DNA of 64,000 nt from an uncultured Ignavibacteria bacterium (lineage in GTDB: Bacteria; Bacteroidota; Ignavibacteria; Ignavibacteriales; Ignavibacteriaceae). The translations under genes were made by a program, and so were the position numbers. Numbering within the stretch: position 1 is the stretch's first letter; the number at the start of each line of letters is the position of its first letter. Location of the stretch: contig CAWFHZ010000016.1 of the NCBI GenBank assembly GCA_963815785.1, forward strand, positions 26,275 to 90,274. The letters are read 5' to 3'. Positions 8,233-17,730 of the stretch are shown one piece after another. The notes under the pieces were generated by a model that searched no databases, was not told where the DNA came from, and saw only the letters and a list, made by a program, of their open reading frames with translations.

Positions 8233-8696
8233 GAACCAGACAAAAATATATTTATGACTATGAAACTAATTTTCTTGTAAGATTCCGAGATGAGAAGGGA
8301 AGATATATACAGAAGGCCTTTGGCTATGCATCAAAAAGTAAAAAAGAAGTTTTGGCTAAAGCAATTAAATGGCGCGATGAAAATCTTCCTGATATTCGTA
8401 AAACCGGAAAAAGAATGCTGCAGAGTAAACCCCAAAGGAATAAAAAAAATAAACTGCCTGCTGGAATCAGCCTTTCATTCAAGTATAAAGATACAAGGAA
8501 TAAAAAGTATAAATACCCAATTCTAAGTATTTCAGCGGGAAAAGATGAAAAAGGTAAGGCACTTATAAAAACTATTCGAATAAATAATTATGCAAATAGT
8601 GATGCGGCGATTGAAGCTGCAATAAGGATAAGAGTGAATTTGCTAATCGAAAATAATAAGACTGAATTACAAAGATTTGAGAATAAGAAAGGTTGA
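8229..8696 (+). CDS. hypothetical basic protein (possible tandem AP2-like DNA-binding repeats)
   Basis: 155 aa, Lys/Arg-rich. Its ATGA overlaps the DUF72 stop. The stretch F.VRF.D..G.....FGYASKS..EVLAKAIKWRDE resembles the AP2/integrase-type fold. The functional call is weak. Confidence 0.4.
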   Translation: MRTRQKYIYDYETNFLVRFRDEKGRYIQKAFGYASKSKKEVLAKAIKWRDENLPDIRKTGKRMLQSKPQRNKKNKLPAGISLSFKYKDTRNKKYKYPILSISAGKDEKGKALIKTIRINNYANSDAAIEAAIRIRVNLLIENNKTELQRFENKKG

Positions 8697-8880
8697 TCCA
8701 GGTATGTCTTTGCCTTGTTGATCTGAAGCTTTGGGAGGATCTTTTATATTAGATTTCCAACTTTTCTGAGAACATCATCTTTAAGCTGAACATAAATCTG
8801 GTAGTTGAGATAAGAAGGCAGCGCCCCTCTCACAATAAAAAAGATTAATAAACTATTAGGGGAATAAATTCGGGCTGTAT

Positions 8881-8921
8881 GCCTGCCTGCCTTAGGCACG
8901 GCCTGCCTGCCGTAGGTACGG
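8881..8921. repeat. tandem 20-nt palindromic repeat (gcctgcctgccNtaggNacgg x2)
   Basis: Read directly: gcctgcctgccttaggcacg followed by gcctgcctgccgtaggtacgg. Related cctgcc...ggcagg palindromes occur at 57120-57142, 57268-57288 and 63913-63935. Confidence 0.7.
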
Positions 8922-9873
8922 TTATTACCATAACACTATAAACCAAGCCGTACTTGTCCCGAAGGTATAGCCAACATCATTGCGGGGAAAACTTAGTTGG
9001 TGTTTCTAATCGTTTTACATTTAGCTCATTCATTCATCAGCACAATTCCATTTTTTTTATTACCCCATCTACTTGATAGCTCCACTTCGTTCCGCTATCA
9101 AGCTATTCCACTTAATCACAAAGCTAACCCTCGCTTCTTTATTCAATCGCTAAAAGTACGTTTGCTGTAAAAATTTCATAAAATATTATTTTCAATAAAA
9201 TCATTTCATATCAGTTCAATCAGTTAAATCTGCGTCCTATTATCTCTTAACTTTTTTAATTCAATATTTACTTACCGCAAACTTCAAATCGTTTCTGCAG
9301 GACCTGTCCGCCTCTGGCGGAAAAGTTTTTATGCGCTTGTTTTATTATCCGGCATTCGCCGTATCCAGCCCTCATTTATCTTAGGGCATTAGAATTTCAA
9401 AGCATCAATTTATTTCCGTTGCTCCTGCTGCTTCACTTCGCCGGGTCTGGTCGCCCCGGCTCGCTCTTTGCACTTAAGCCCTCACTTATTCACGATGTCC
9501 TAAGCTCGTTCTTAAGCCGTCGCAACTTTCATTATACTAATTTTATTGTTTTTTGTACGTAATTGTACGGATGTATAACCCCAATTGATGAATTATATTA
9601 TGATCGGATATGGGTTTATTTGGGTGTAATGATTCCTGATTTATTATACTTTTTATTCTCCCTTTATTAAGATTTTTCCACCCCCTCGGGTCGCGAAAAC
9701 GCGCATAGATGCCCTTGCGTATGCAGGGGTATCTGTTTATTTACGGTCAATAATTACACTTTAATTAGTAGTTATTACGGTTGTCACATATTTTTAATAA
9801 AAATATTTAACATTTTCTTAGGTATAATTATTGATTTAATTAATAATTCTTCAACCCAAAAGGAGTATCTCTT

Positions 9874-10320
9874 ATGAAACATTTTCTACTTATTGGCTTT
9901 TTCTTAATAAGCGTTCAGTTATTAGCACAGGATAATTCCGGTATTTATTCAAACCCCTATTTGCGATATAATTCGAATAATAATTATAATTCAGATTTAT
10001 TCAATTCTAACAATTCTCGTCCGTATAAAGATCTATACGGGAATAGTTATAAATATTATGAAAATATGTTTAAAGATAAAGATAATGATGGTTTAACAGG
10101 TTATTTTGATAATAACGATGCTAATAGTGATCCTTATAAATCATTATTCAAATCTAATAGTACATATACTCCCAATTATCTTAATCAGGATAATAATTAT
10201 AACTCTAATTATAATTCTTCCTATTATGATTTTAATAGAAGTAAAACTATATACACTGGTCCACAAGGTGGTCAGTACTATATCAACAGTAATGGCAATA
10301 AAACTTATATTAAAAAATAG
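9874..10320 (+). CDS. secreted low-complexity Asn/Tyr-rich protein
   Basis: Signal peptide MKHFLLIGFFLISVQLLAQ. The rest is N/Y/S/D-rich and contains a DKDNDG stretch. An aggag RBS lies upstream. Confidence 0.55.
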   Translation: MKHFLLIGFFLISVQLLAQDNSGIYSNPYLRYNSNNNYNSDLFNSNNSRPYKDLYGNSYKYYENMFKDKDNDGLTGYFDNNDANSDPYKSLFKSNSTYTPNYLNQDNNYNSNYNSSYYDFNRSKTIYTGPQGGQYYINSNGNKTYIKK

Positions 10321-10485
10321 TTTGCCACTTGACGTGAGATGAACTCACTTCATCAATACATTATCAGCCAGTATTACATAAGAAAAATTATGCAACTAAC
10401 TTTTTCATCTTTACTATTTATTTACTTTCTGTCGAAGTCGGCATAACTTTGGCTTATGTAAACTCGGCACGGCGCAAATAGCAGT

Positions 10486-10512
10486 GTCATTCTGAACTTG
10501 TTTCAGAATCTC
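10486..10512. repeat. intergenic copy of the GTCATTCTGAAC..GTTTCAGAATCTC palindromic element
   Basis: Sequence gtcattctgaacttgtttcagaatctc. The same unit occurs inside ORF 16569..16841. Confidence 0.7.
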
Positions 10513-10728
10513 ATAGTATAATCCTGTTTACAAAACATTTTTCAATAAATCGTTTCGTATCTATTCAGTTCATCTTTCGTTCCGTTCAGGTGCAAGTGTT
10601 AAACTGCACCTTCACTCCACTCTCATTTTTTTTGGGTGTAAGCATCTAGCTCCAAAATATTTTAATTTGTTTTGTAAATATTGTCAAAAAGTAGTATCGT
10701 ATAATAAATAGTTTATAATATATTTTTA

Positions 10729-11388
10729 ATGCCTGATACCGAACTCCTTTATAAGTTAACAGAAGGTTTCTCAACTCAAGCAAAAAATACTAATCGGTAT
10801 TGGATATTACTTGCATCAGCTTCAATTTTCTCTTTTATCGCGGAATCAAAATGCGATCTGATAGACTTACCCTTTGGTCTGGGAAGTGTAAGTCAAATTG
10901 ATTTTTATTCTATTATTGTATTCATTTTATCTGTTTTGATAATTGCATTTGCTTCTGCTCAATTACAAGCATACCGTACAAGGCAACTGATCCAGAAGTT
11001 AATTGAGAAAGAGACATCTAATAAATCAGAATATATAGATGATTTTCATATACAAGATATTTTTGAATCCATTGTTACCCCCACTATAAATAGAGTAGGT
11101 CCTATAGCACAATTTGCACAAGGCAGGAATCAATTCTTTGGTGATAAAAAACCTTCCAAATTTTGGCGCCTCTTATCTACCAGTCTGTACTTAATATTAA
11201 AAATGGTAAGTATGATGGTCATATATTTGTTACCAGCTCTTGCTTTGATAGAGAGTACATCGTTTTTTAATCAGATTGGTGGTAGTAATAATTGGTATAT
11301 CCCAAATTTTGTCTATTGGATTTTTATTATTGTTTCTTTTATTGTTTTATTCATCTCATTTAATTCCGAAATTATTTTTCCTAACTAA
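10729..11388 (+). CDS. hypothetical multi-pass membrane protein
   Basis: 219 aa with about four hydrophobic segments. No recognisable family. Confidence 0.5.
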   Translation: MPDTELLYKLTEGFSTQAKNTNRYWILLASASIFSFIAESKCDLIDLPFGLGSVSQIDFYSIIVFILSVLIIAFASAQLQAYRTRQLIQKLIEKETSNKSEYIDDFHIQDIFESIVTPTINRVGPIAQFAQGRNQFFGDKKPSKFWRLLSTSLYLILKMVSMMVIYLLPALALIESTSFFNQIGGSNNWYIPNFVYWIFIIVSFIVLFISFNSEIIFPN

Positions 11389-11445
11389 GGGGTTGAAGAA
11401 AATTTATATAAATAAGTAAATATGTATTGTATCTCAAAATCCCCA

Positions 11446-12528
11446 TCACGTAAGATTATACCTCTTCTTAAAATATTCCTTACTGAAATTCACTCCCATA
11501 TCAGTAAGTACTTTATCCCGTTCAGCACTATGGTCAACAACAGCTTCCTTCTTATTCAGCTTTACTCTCGGCGCATCAATCTTTCCGTAATTAAGTTCAG
11601 TATAATATCTCAGTAATTCATTCAGCGCTCTCTCTACAAGCTTCTTATCGGTAATGCCTAAATAGTTAAGCATCTCTTTGTGTATCTCCGCAGCTTTATA
11701 TGAACCGCTCTTTTGTGTTTCTGTTGTCAGTGTAACAGTAAGTACAGCTTTGGATATTTCCGCATTATGAAAACCAACCAGGTTCTGGTATAACCCGCCC
11801 ACATCGTAGCTCGGTGATTCTTTTATCTCTATTTCTTTGCCTTCTTCAAATACACTTATCGTATCCTGCACCATCTGCTCAAGATCTTCCAGCAGTTGTG
11901 CTTTTTCTGCAGGTGTTGCACCGGTAGCATATCTGCCAATAAGATACGGCATTCCAAACCTCTCCATCATTAACTGCCAGTACTCAATCCCTGCTCTCTT
12001 AAAAGTTACAGGCCAGTAGCATCTGCTTAATACTTTCTCTCCGTAAGGATTAACATAAGTCGGCTGGTATTGTGTTACTATAAATTTATAGTCAGGAAGC
12101 TTTTCACCTTCTTCAAAAAGATAATTGCCGTATCTCATTTTTCTTAGTCTTAATTTATTTTCTTTGTCGTAGATAAACCATTCCTGCGGTTTGCCTATAA
12201 TATTAACCGGTACAATCTCACTCCCGTCAAGTTTCCAGTCAATCTCACCGACAGAAAAACCAAACAGCACTGCATCAAGTACATTGTTCATTATCTCCCC
12301 AAGCGGCATCATTCTAAGTATATCAATGGTGCGGTTCTTTATCTTTTCGTCCTGTTCATAATCAACTTCCCATCCCATCTGCATTACCTGCATTTTCCTT
12401 TGCTGTATAGCAGCAATCAAATGAGCATCACTCAGTAAATCCCTCAGTATACTGAAGTCATAATTATTTTCAGCGAGTATCTTGTCCGGGTCAGGCAGTG
12501 AAGTATAAAGATGTTCATAAACCTGCAT
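11446..12528 (-). CDS. phage portal protein, Mu gp29-like (DUF935), probably N-terminally truncated
   Basis: 360 aa. The motif FHNAEISKAVLTVTLTTETQKSGSYKAAEIHKE resembles the conserved DUF935 portal core. Portals of this family are usually longer. 350 nt of noncoding junk lies upstream. Confidence 0.65.
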   Translation of the reverse strand: MQVYEHLYTSLPDPDKILAENNYDFSILRDLLSDAHLIAAIQQRKMQVMQMGWEVDYEQDEKIKNRTIDILRMMPLGEIMNNVLDAVLFGFSVGEIDWKLDGSEIVPVNIIGKPQEWFIYDKENKLRLRKMRYGNYLFEEGEKLPDYKFIVTQYQPTYVNPYGEKVLSRCYWPVTFKRAGIEYWQLMMERFGMPYLIGRYATGATPAEKAQLLEDLEQMVQDTISVFEEGKEIEIKESPSYDVGGLYQNLVGFHNAEISKAVLTVTLTTETQKSGSYKAAEIHKEMLNYLGITDKKLVERALNELLRYYTELNYGKIDAPRVKLNKKEAVVDHSAERDKVLTDMGVNFSKEYFKKRYNLT

Positions 12529-12877
12529 TTTATCGCGTGTTGCAAAATCACTTAAAAGTCTGTTTCTTATAATTTTTTTTCATTTCTCTATTCCGCTTTT
12601 GGTTTTATCCGTTTTAACTTGTTTCTTAGTTCCTTTATGATACCTTATAGTAGCCTTCTAAAAGAGGTTTGAGGTTTATAAGGATGGTGAGTAATTTGCC
12701 TTGCGCTCTAAAATTACTGCCATCCTTCCTTTTTATCTCTGATTTATTTCCTCTTTGCCTGCTGAAGGTTGCCTACTGCATACTCATTATTGCCTACTTG
12801 CCCTATATTTCCTGTACTTGCTTCTAAATTGTTTCCTCGGTAAATGAATCACAGGTTCATTACTTATTATTCTTTTT

Positions 12878-14129
12878 TCATCTTTCGCATAGTTCAGAAA
12901 TTGAGCTCATACTATCCACCGCATCGTCAAATTCACCATCGGGAAATTCTTCGCATTCATCAATAAAATCTTTTACCCACACTTCACCTTCAGGCAGATA
13001 AACTTTCCCCGCTTCAATCAGTGGAGTAACAGAATGCACCCTCGCTATTTTATCTGTATCAACTTTAATAGCTTTAATCGGTATTCTGCTTCCTCTTTTC
13101 ATTTCCTGTATAAGTGATTGCCCGCTTGCTTTATCCTCAACAAGCACTTCATTCGGATTATAAAGCTTATATAATTCTTTGCATTTCTTTTTTAGTTCAG
13201 GAAACTCAACTCTGTCTTTCCAGAGATTAACCAGGTAAAATCCATCGGGTGTAATAAACCACGTAGTACAAACCGAAAAATCATTTCCTTCTTTATCCTT
13301 AAAAGCAGTATCCCAGCTTTGTATTTTTTTAAGTATTCTTTTTTGTGTTATGTATTCAGGATTATAATATCTCCACCATTCACTTTTTATTATTCCGCTT
13401 GTTTCTTTATCAACAAACTTTCCAAATACTTCCTGGTCTCTTAATGCAGGAGAAATTTCTTTTACAAGTTCATCAATCTCATTCTTATCAATCAAAGGAT
13501 TATCGTAGGATGAAAAATTAAAACTCTCCCATTGCGATTTTCATCCCCTCCACTGGAGGGGTCCGGCTTTAGCCGGGGGTGGGTTTATCTGCACTTTGAC
13601 CTCTCTCAAACAGTTCATAGAACAGGTGCTTCTCCCTCTTCCCTTTAACATTCTTACCCTTCGGAGTTCCGCCTATCAGTACATCTGCCTTATAATCCAG
13701 TATCATTGGTCTTATAGATTCATTCCAAAGACTTCTGTTCTTAAGCACAATACCGGCTTCATTTATAATAATAAGCGCATAACCAAATCCCTCAATATTC
13801 TCAGGTCTGTCCGCACTTCGGAAATCGCATACAGAACTCATTATCTTAAGATCATTCCTGTTGCTTCTGTACTTCCATAAGTTTTTAGGTAATTGTTTTA
13901 GCGTAGGAGTAAAATATCTCTCAACATATCTGTCTATGTTCCCGTATATGGTATCAACCCAAAGCACCGGCGAAACTCCATCCATCATCTGATCAATAAC
14001 ATAATTTGCAAATCCTCTCGTCAGCCCGAAACGTCTTCCTTTGGCAATTACCTTATATCTGGCTTTGCTCTCAAAAAATATCTTCTGCTGATTTTTATGG
14101 TAAGTAATATCTAAGCTGATTTCTTTCAT
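12878..14129 (-). pseudogene. phage terminase large subunit, split by a palindromic element insertion
   Basis: The N-terminal ATPase fragment is 13569..14129 (KGRRFGLTRG, LIIINEAG). The C-terminal nuclease fragment is 12878..13540 (WESFNFSSYDNP..., DTAFKDKEGNDFSV, VEDKASGQSL, EFPDGEFDDAVDSMS). The two fragments are in different frames and are separated by the element at 13544-13584, which supplies an in-frame TAA. Confidence 0.8.
13544..13584. repeat. GC-rich double-hairpin element (tcccctccactggagggg tccggctttagccgg gggtgggt) inserted in the terminase gene
   Basis: Palindromes cccctcc/ggagggg and ccggc/gccgg stand out in otherwise AT-rich coding sequence. A related copy lies at 49789-49822. 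Confidence 0.75.
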
Positions 14130-14476
14130 TTAACAGTCTTCCGGGTAATCTTAATATCATATTCTCCCGTCTCGTCTATCTTTTCAGCTTGTCCCAGGTA
14201 TTGCTTTCCTAACCAGATCAGCATAACTACATTTCCCTGCATAGCAACGGAAATCTGTTTCTTCTTTAACCGTTCTCTAAGGTTAGCTTTCCCTTTTATG
14301 ATATTTTTCTCAAAGTTCCGTTTCAGTGTGCTGTCATCATAACCAAGTGCTTCAGCAATTTCTTTATTGGTTAATCCGTATGAAGCCAGTTTTTCTATTT
14401 TCTGTTCTTCTGTTAATTCAACTTTTTTCTTCGGTGGCTTTTTCATAAGTGGCGTTTTCCTTCCAAAATCAAACAA
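14126..14476 (-). CDS. phage terminase small subunit-like HTH protein
   Basis: 116 aa with an HTH (LTNKEIAEALGYDDSTLKRNF). It lies immediately upstream of the large terminase and overlaps it. Confidence 0.6.
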   Translation of the reverse strand: MFDFGRKTPLMKKPPKKKVELTEEQKIEKLASYGLTNKEIAEALGYDDSTLKRNFEKNIIKGKANLRERLKKKQISVAMQGNVVMLIWLGKQYLGQAEKIDETGEYDIKITRKTVK

Positions 14477-14605
14477 TCGATATAGATAAAATCTATTATA
14501 TTTTAAATATAATAAATTCTATTGATATTTATTAGGCAAAATGTTATATTTAATTAAGTTTTTTAGGCTATGATATACGATTTGTTAATAAAGTAAGGAT
14601 ATTCG

Positions 14606-15621
14606 ATGATGAATGAATTTGAAATTTTTAAGGCAGGGACTCATACTTCAAGTAATGGAACCACTAAAGACTATTCCATAAAAGACTTGGAGTTTATCGC
14701 CTCTTCTTATAATCCCGCAGAAAATGAAGCTCCTATTGTAATCGGTCACCCCGTAGATAATTCACCTGCTTACGGATGGATTGAATCTCTTAAGGTTGCA
14801 GGCGACAACTTCTTGCAAAACCTAAGGAAGTTATCAAGGAGTTTTCTGAAGCAGTTAAAAAAGGATTATATAAAAAACGAAGTATCTCTCTTGATAAAGA
14901 TGGAAAGTTAAGACACGTAGGTTTTCTTGGCGGTGCCGCTCCCGCTGTAAAAGGTTTAGCTGATATTCAGTTTAACGAACCTTCAGCAGTTACTTTTGAA
15001 CTTGATATTGAGGGGCTTAAAGAAAACGCAAAAGATGAACAGGTTATAGATAAAATTGATAACACTTCGGACAAGGATATCAAAGAACCGGTAACAGATG
15101 ATAAGCCCCCTCTTTTTTCTGAACAGTTAAACCAGATACGCGATAATCTTATTGAGCTTAATAAAAAGTTTGTAAGCACTCCTGATAAAACTAATACTTC
15201 TGATATTTCTAAAATCCAGTCTGCTGTTGATGAACTAAGCTTCAAGATTAACTTCTCTGAGTTTGAACCAATGCTTAATGATAAATTATCTTCCGGTTCT
15301 CTTACTCCCGCAATGAAGAAATCTGTAATGAGTCTCTTCGAATATCTCAACACTCAGAACTTCTCTGCTGAATATGATTACTCAAAATTCAGGAATGATG
15401 TTAAGAAGCTTCTTACTGATTTTGTTGAGTCGGTTCCAAAGATAGTCTATTATGAAAACTTTGCGGAGAAACCCGATGAACCTGATAATGATAGTAATAG
15501 TTTTTCCGGCTATACGCTTGATGAGGAGTCTGCTGCACTTCACAAAAAAGCTAAAACAATAATGAGGAAAGATAATATCTCCTACGAAGCAGCAGTAATG
15601 AAATTGTCTAAATTAAATTAA
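14606..15621 (+). pseudogene. phage scaffold/prohead-protease-like protein with one frameshift (about 14800-14815)
   Basis: The first frame gives FKAGTHTSSNGTTKDYS..APIVIGHPVDNSPAYGWIESLKV. After a -1 shift the reading continues KPKEVIKEFSEAVKKGLYKKRSISL..RHVGFLGGAAPAVKGL... and joins track ORF 15271..15621 with no further stop. Confidence 0.65.
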
Positions 15622-15633
15622 GGAAATGATACG

Positions 15634-16557
15634 ATGGGTACACTTTCAAACAAACGTGTGGTAGATCCTGTTCTTACTAACATAGCACGTGGCTATAACA
15701 ACGCCGCTCTTATCGGCACAATGCTTTTCCCGGTTGTCTCGGTTGATAAGGAAGGCGGTAAGATTCCTCAGTTTACCAAGGAAGCTTTTAAGATTTATAA
15801 TACTGAACGCGCAATCCGTGCTAAGTCCAACAGGATTTCACCGGAAGGTCGCACTTCAGTTGATTTCGTTCTTGATGAACACGATCTTGAATATCCTATG
15901 GATTACAGGGAGATTGATGAGGATGTTACTCCCTTAAAGATTTATGCTACTCAGGTTGTCACTGATGGTATAGGTCTAAGACTTGAAAAACTCATAGCTG
16001 ATTTGTCGCAGAACTTGTCAACTTATCCCTCAGGTAATAAAGTAACTCTCTCTGCAAGTGATCAGTTCTCAAATGCTTCTTCCGATCCATTCGTAATATT
16101 TGATACAGCTAAGGAAGCAGTAAGAGGTAAGATTGCAAAACGTCCCAATGTTTGTGTACTTGGTGCGCAGTCTTATAAAGCATTAAAGAACCATCCTGCA
16201 GTGCTTGATAGAATTAAATACACTCAGCACGCAGTGATAACTCCGGAACTTCTCAGAAATCTCTTAGACTTTGAACAGCTTTTTGTAGGTGATGCAGTAA
16301 GCGCAGATGACACAGGCACTTTCTCTGATATATGGTCTGATAATGCTGTTGTTGCCTATGTTCCTAAAGCTAAAACTGATTTGCCCCGTTCCTACTTCGA
16401 GCCTGCTTTTGCATATACACTCAGGAAGAAAGATAATCCTTTGGTTGATGTATATGATGAGAATGGAAAAGTCCAGGTTGTACGTAATACTGATATATTC
16501 ATTCCTAAAGTTGTCGGTGCAGAAGCAGGTTATTTAATCAACGATACTAATGCATAA
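15634..16557 (+). CDS. phage major capsid protein (lambda gpE-like family)
   Basis: 307 aa and intact. It sits after the scaffold gene. The N-terminal DPVLTNIARGY...LFPVVSV..GKIP.F and C-terminal AGYLI patterns are typical of gpE-like capsid proteins. Confidence 0.65.
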   Translation: MGTLSNKRVVDPVLTNIARGYNNAALIGTMLFPVVSVDKEGGKIPQFTKEAFKIYNTERAIRAKSNRISPEGRTSVDFVLDEHDLEYPMDYREIDEDVTPLKIYATQVVTDGIGLRLEKLIADLSQNLSTYPSGNKVTLSASDQFSNASSDPFVIFDTAKEAVRGKIAKRPNVCVLGAQSYKALKNHPAVLDRIKYTQHAVITPELLRNLLDFEQLFVGDAVSADDTGTFSDIWSDNAVVAYVPKAKTDLPRSYFEPAFAYTLRKKDNPLVDVYDENGKVQVVRNTDIFIPKVVGAEAGYLINDTNA

Positions 16558-16568
16558 GGTAAGGATAG

Positions 16569-16841
16569 ATGAAATACAAACTAATCAACACAGATTTAAT
16601 CTATAAAGGTACTCTTTATTCTGAAGGCTGCATTCTCGAAATCGATTCTAAAGATGCAGACTCAATCTCAGAGTATCTCAAACCTATTGAGAGTCATTCT
16701 GAATCTTCCCAGGTCAGTCATCCTGAACGAGTCATCCTGGACTTGTTTCAGGATCTCTCGGATAGTCATCCTTATACCGATTTATCAGTTAAATCTCCAA
16801 AACAAAAAAATTCAAAAAGCAATAAAGGAAAGAAACGATGA
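16569..16841 (+). CDS. small phage protein carrying an in-frame palindromic-repeat insertion
   Basis: 90 aa. Residues about 42-68 (HSESSQVSHPERVILDLFQDLSDSHP) are encoded by GTCATYCTGA-type repeat units at 16693-16771. Its ATGA overlaps the next gene. Confidence 0.45.
   Translation: MKYKLINTDLIYKGTLYSEGCILEIDSKDADSISEYLKPIESHSESSQVSHPERVILDLFQDLSDSHPYTDLSVKSPKQKNSKSNKGKKR
16693..16771. repeat. three abutting GTCAT(T/C)CTGA... repeat units inside a coding frame
   Basis: Sequence gtcattctgaatcttcccaggtca gtcatcctgaacga gtcatcctggacttgtttcaggatctc ggata gtcatcc. The third unit closely matches the intergenic copy at 10486-10512. Confidence 0.7.
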
Positions 16842-17170
16842 AAACCGAACAGCCGATTTTAATAACCTCAATAACTGCAACAGCAGATTTATCCGCAAAG
16901 CAAAATCTTTTTATTGGTTTTGATGGTGCGGTCTGCGGTAACGGTGTAAAACCTCTCGGTTCACTTAACGCAAATGCTGATTTAGATGAGCAGGCTCCCG
17001 TTACCTGTACAGGTATAGCACTTGTTTATTCAGGCGATACTATTTTAAAAGGTGATAAGCTCCAGAGCAATGCAGCAGGTAAAGCAATCCCTTATTCTTC
17101 CGGTGATATTGCAGGCTATGCATTGGACGCAGCCACCGGAGCAGATGAACTAATCAGGGTTCTTCTTTAA
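16838..17170 (+). CDS. DUF2190-type capsid decoration/cement protein
   Basis: 110 aa. The pattern G..V.V..TG.ALVYSGD.I.KGD.L.S...GKA.P......AGYALDAA.GADELIRVLL is characteristic of DUF2190. Confidence 0.7.
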   Translation: MKTEQPILITSITATADLSAKQNLFIGFDGAVCGNGVKPLGSLNANADLDEQAPVTCTGIALVYSGDTILKGDKLQSNAAGKAIPYSSGDIAGYALDAATGADELIRVLL

Positions 17171-17229
17171 TTATTAAACAGGAAATTTATTTTGTCTTAC
17201 ATAACATTCACAGTCGGCTTTGATTCAGA

Positions 17230-17448
17230 TTGATCAAGCTTACTCAGACACAGATAGATTCTGTAAAGGCTTATATGTATGAGTATTGCAGTGTTGGTGC
17301 ATTCACAGATGACTTTAATCCTATCTTAAATGGTAAGTATAATTTTTACTGCTATGCAGTCGATAGCGGTCCTGATTTCTTCAAATTCTGGGTAGCAAAA
17401 GGATGGGCAAGCCCGTACAAAAAAGGAAAAGAAATAATAAAGGAATAA
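17230..17448 (+). CDS. small phage protein (TTG start)
   Basis: 72-aa ORF in the head-gene series. No family recognised. Confidence 0.4.
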   Translation: MIKLTQTQIDSVKAYMYEYCSVGAFTDDFNPILNGKYNFYCYAVDSGPDFFKFWVAKGWASPYKKGKEIIKE

Positions 17449-17452
17449 TAAT

Positions 17453-17695
17453 TTGGCTCAGGTATTTTTTGAATTTCGGTTCGAGTCTGATGGAGTAACT
17501 ACTGCTCAGGATGTTGCTGATGCAAAAGTTATGTTAAAGCAATGGATAGAAAAGAAACTGTTCCAGGTCTCGGTTAACAATGGATTACAGGTAGAAGAAA
17601 ATCTTAATATCCAGCTGATAACCTGCGATGATGATACTGCTGATTTTGAAGTTGTGGACGGATGGGCTGAACCATCTTTACGCCACATTGGTTAA
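17453..17695 (+). CDS. small phage protein (TTG start)
   Basis: 80-aa acidic ORF in the head-gene series. No family recognised. Confidence 0.4.
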   Translation: MAQVFFEFRFESDGVTTAQDVADAKVMLKQWIEKKLFQVSVNNGLQVEENLNIQLITCDDDTADFEVVDGWAEPSLRHIG

Positions 17696-17730
17696 ATAAA
17701 TAAGTTCAATATGTAATATGCGGAGATACG

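Noticed and set aside
7040-8700. Integron integrase or attI adjacent to the cassette array
   Set aside because: I looked for a tyrosine-recombinase-like ORF on either strand and found only DUF72 and a 155-aa basic protein. No integrase call can be supported from this window.
12529-12590. Programmed frameshift at the A8 run upstream of the portal ATG
   Set aside because: An upstream ATG followed by aaaaaaaa would extend the portal by about 19 aa if one A were added. The extension has no recognisable portal sequence and the gene would still be too short. A decayed 5' end is more likely.
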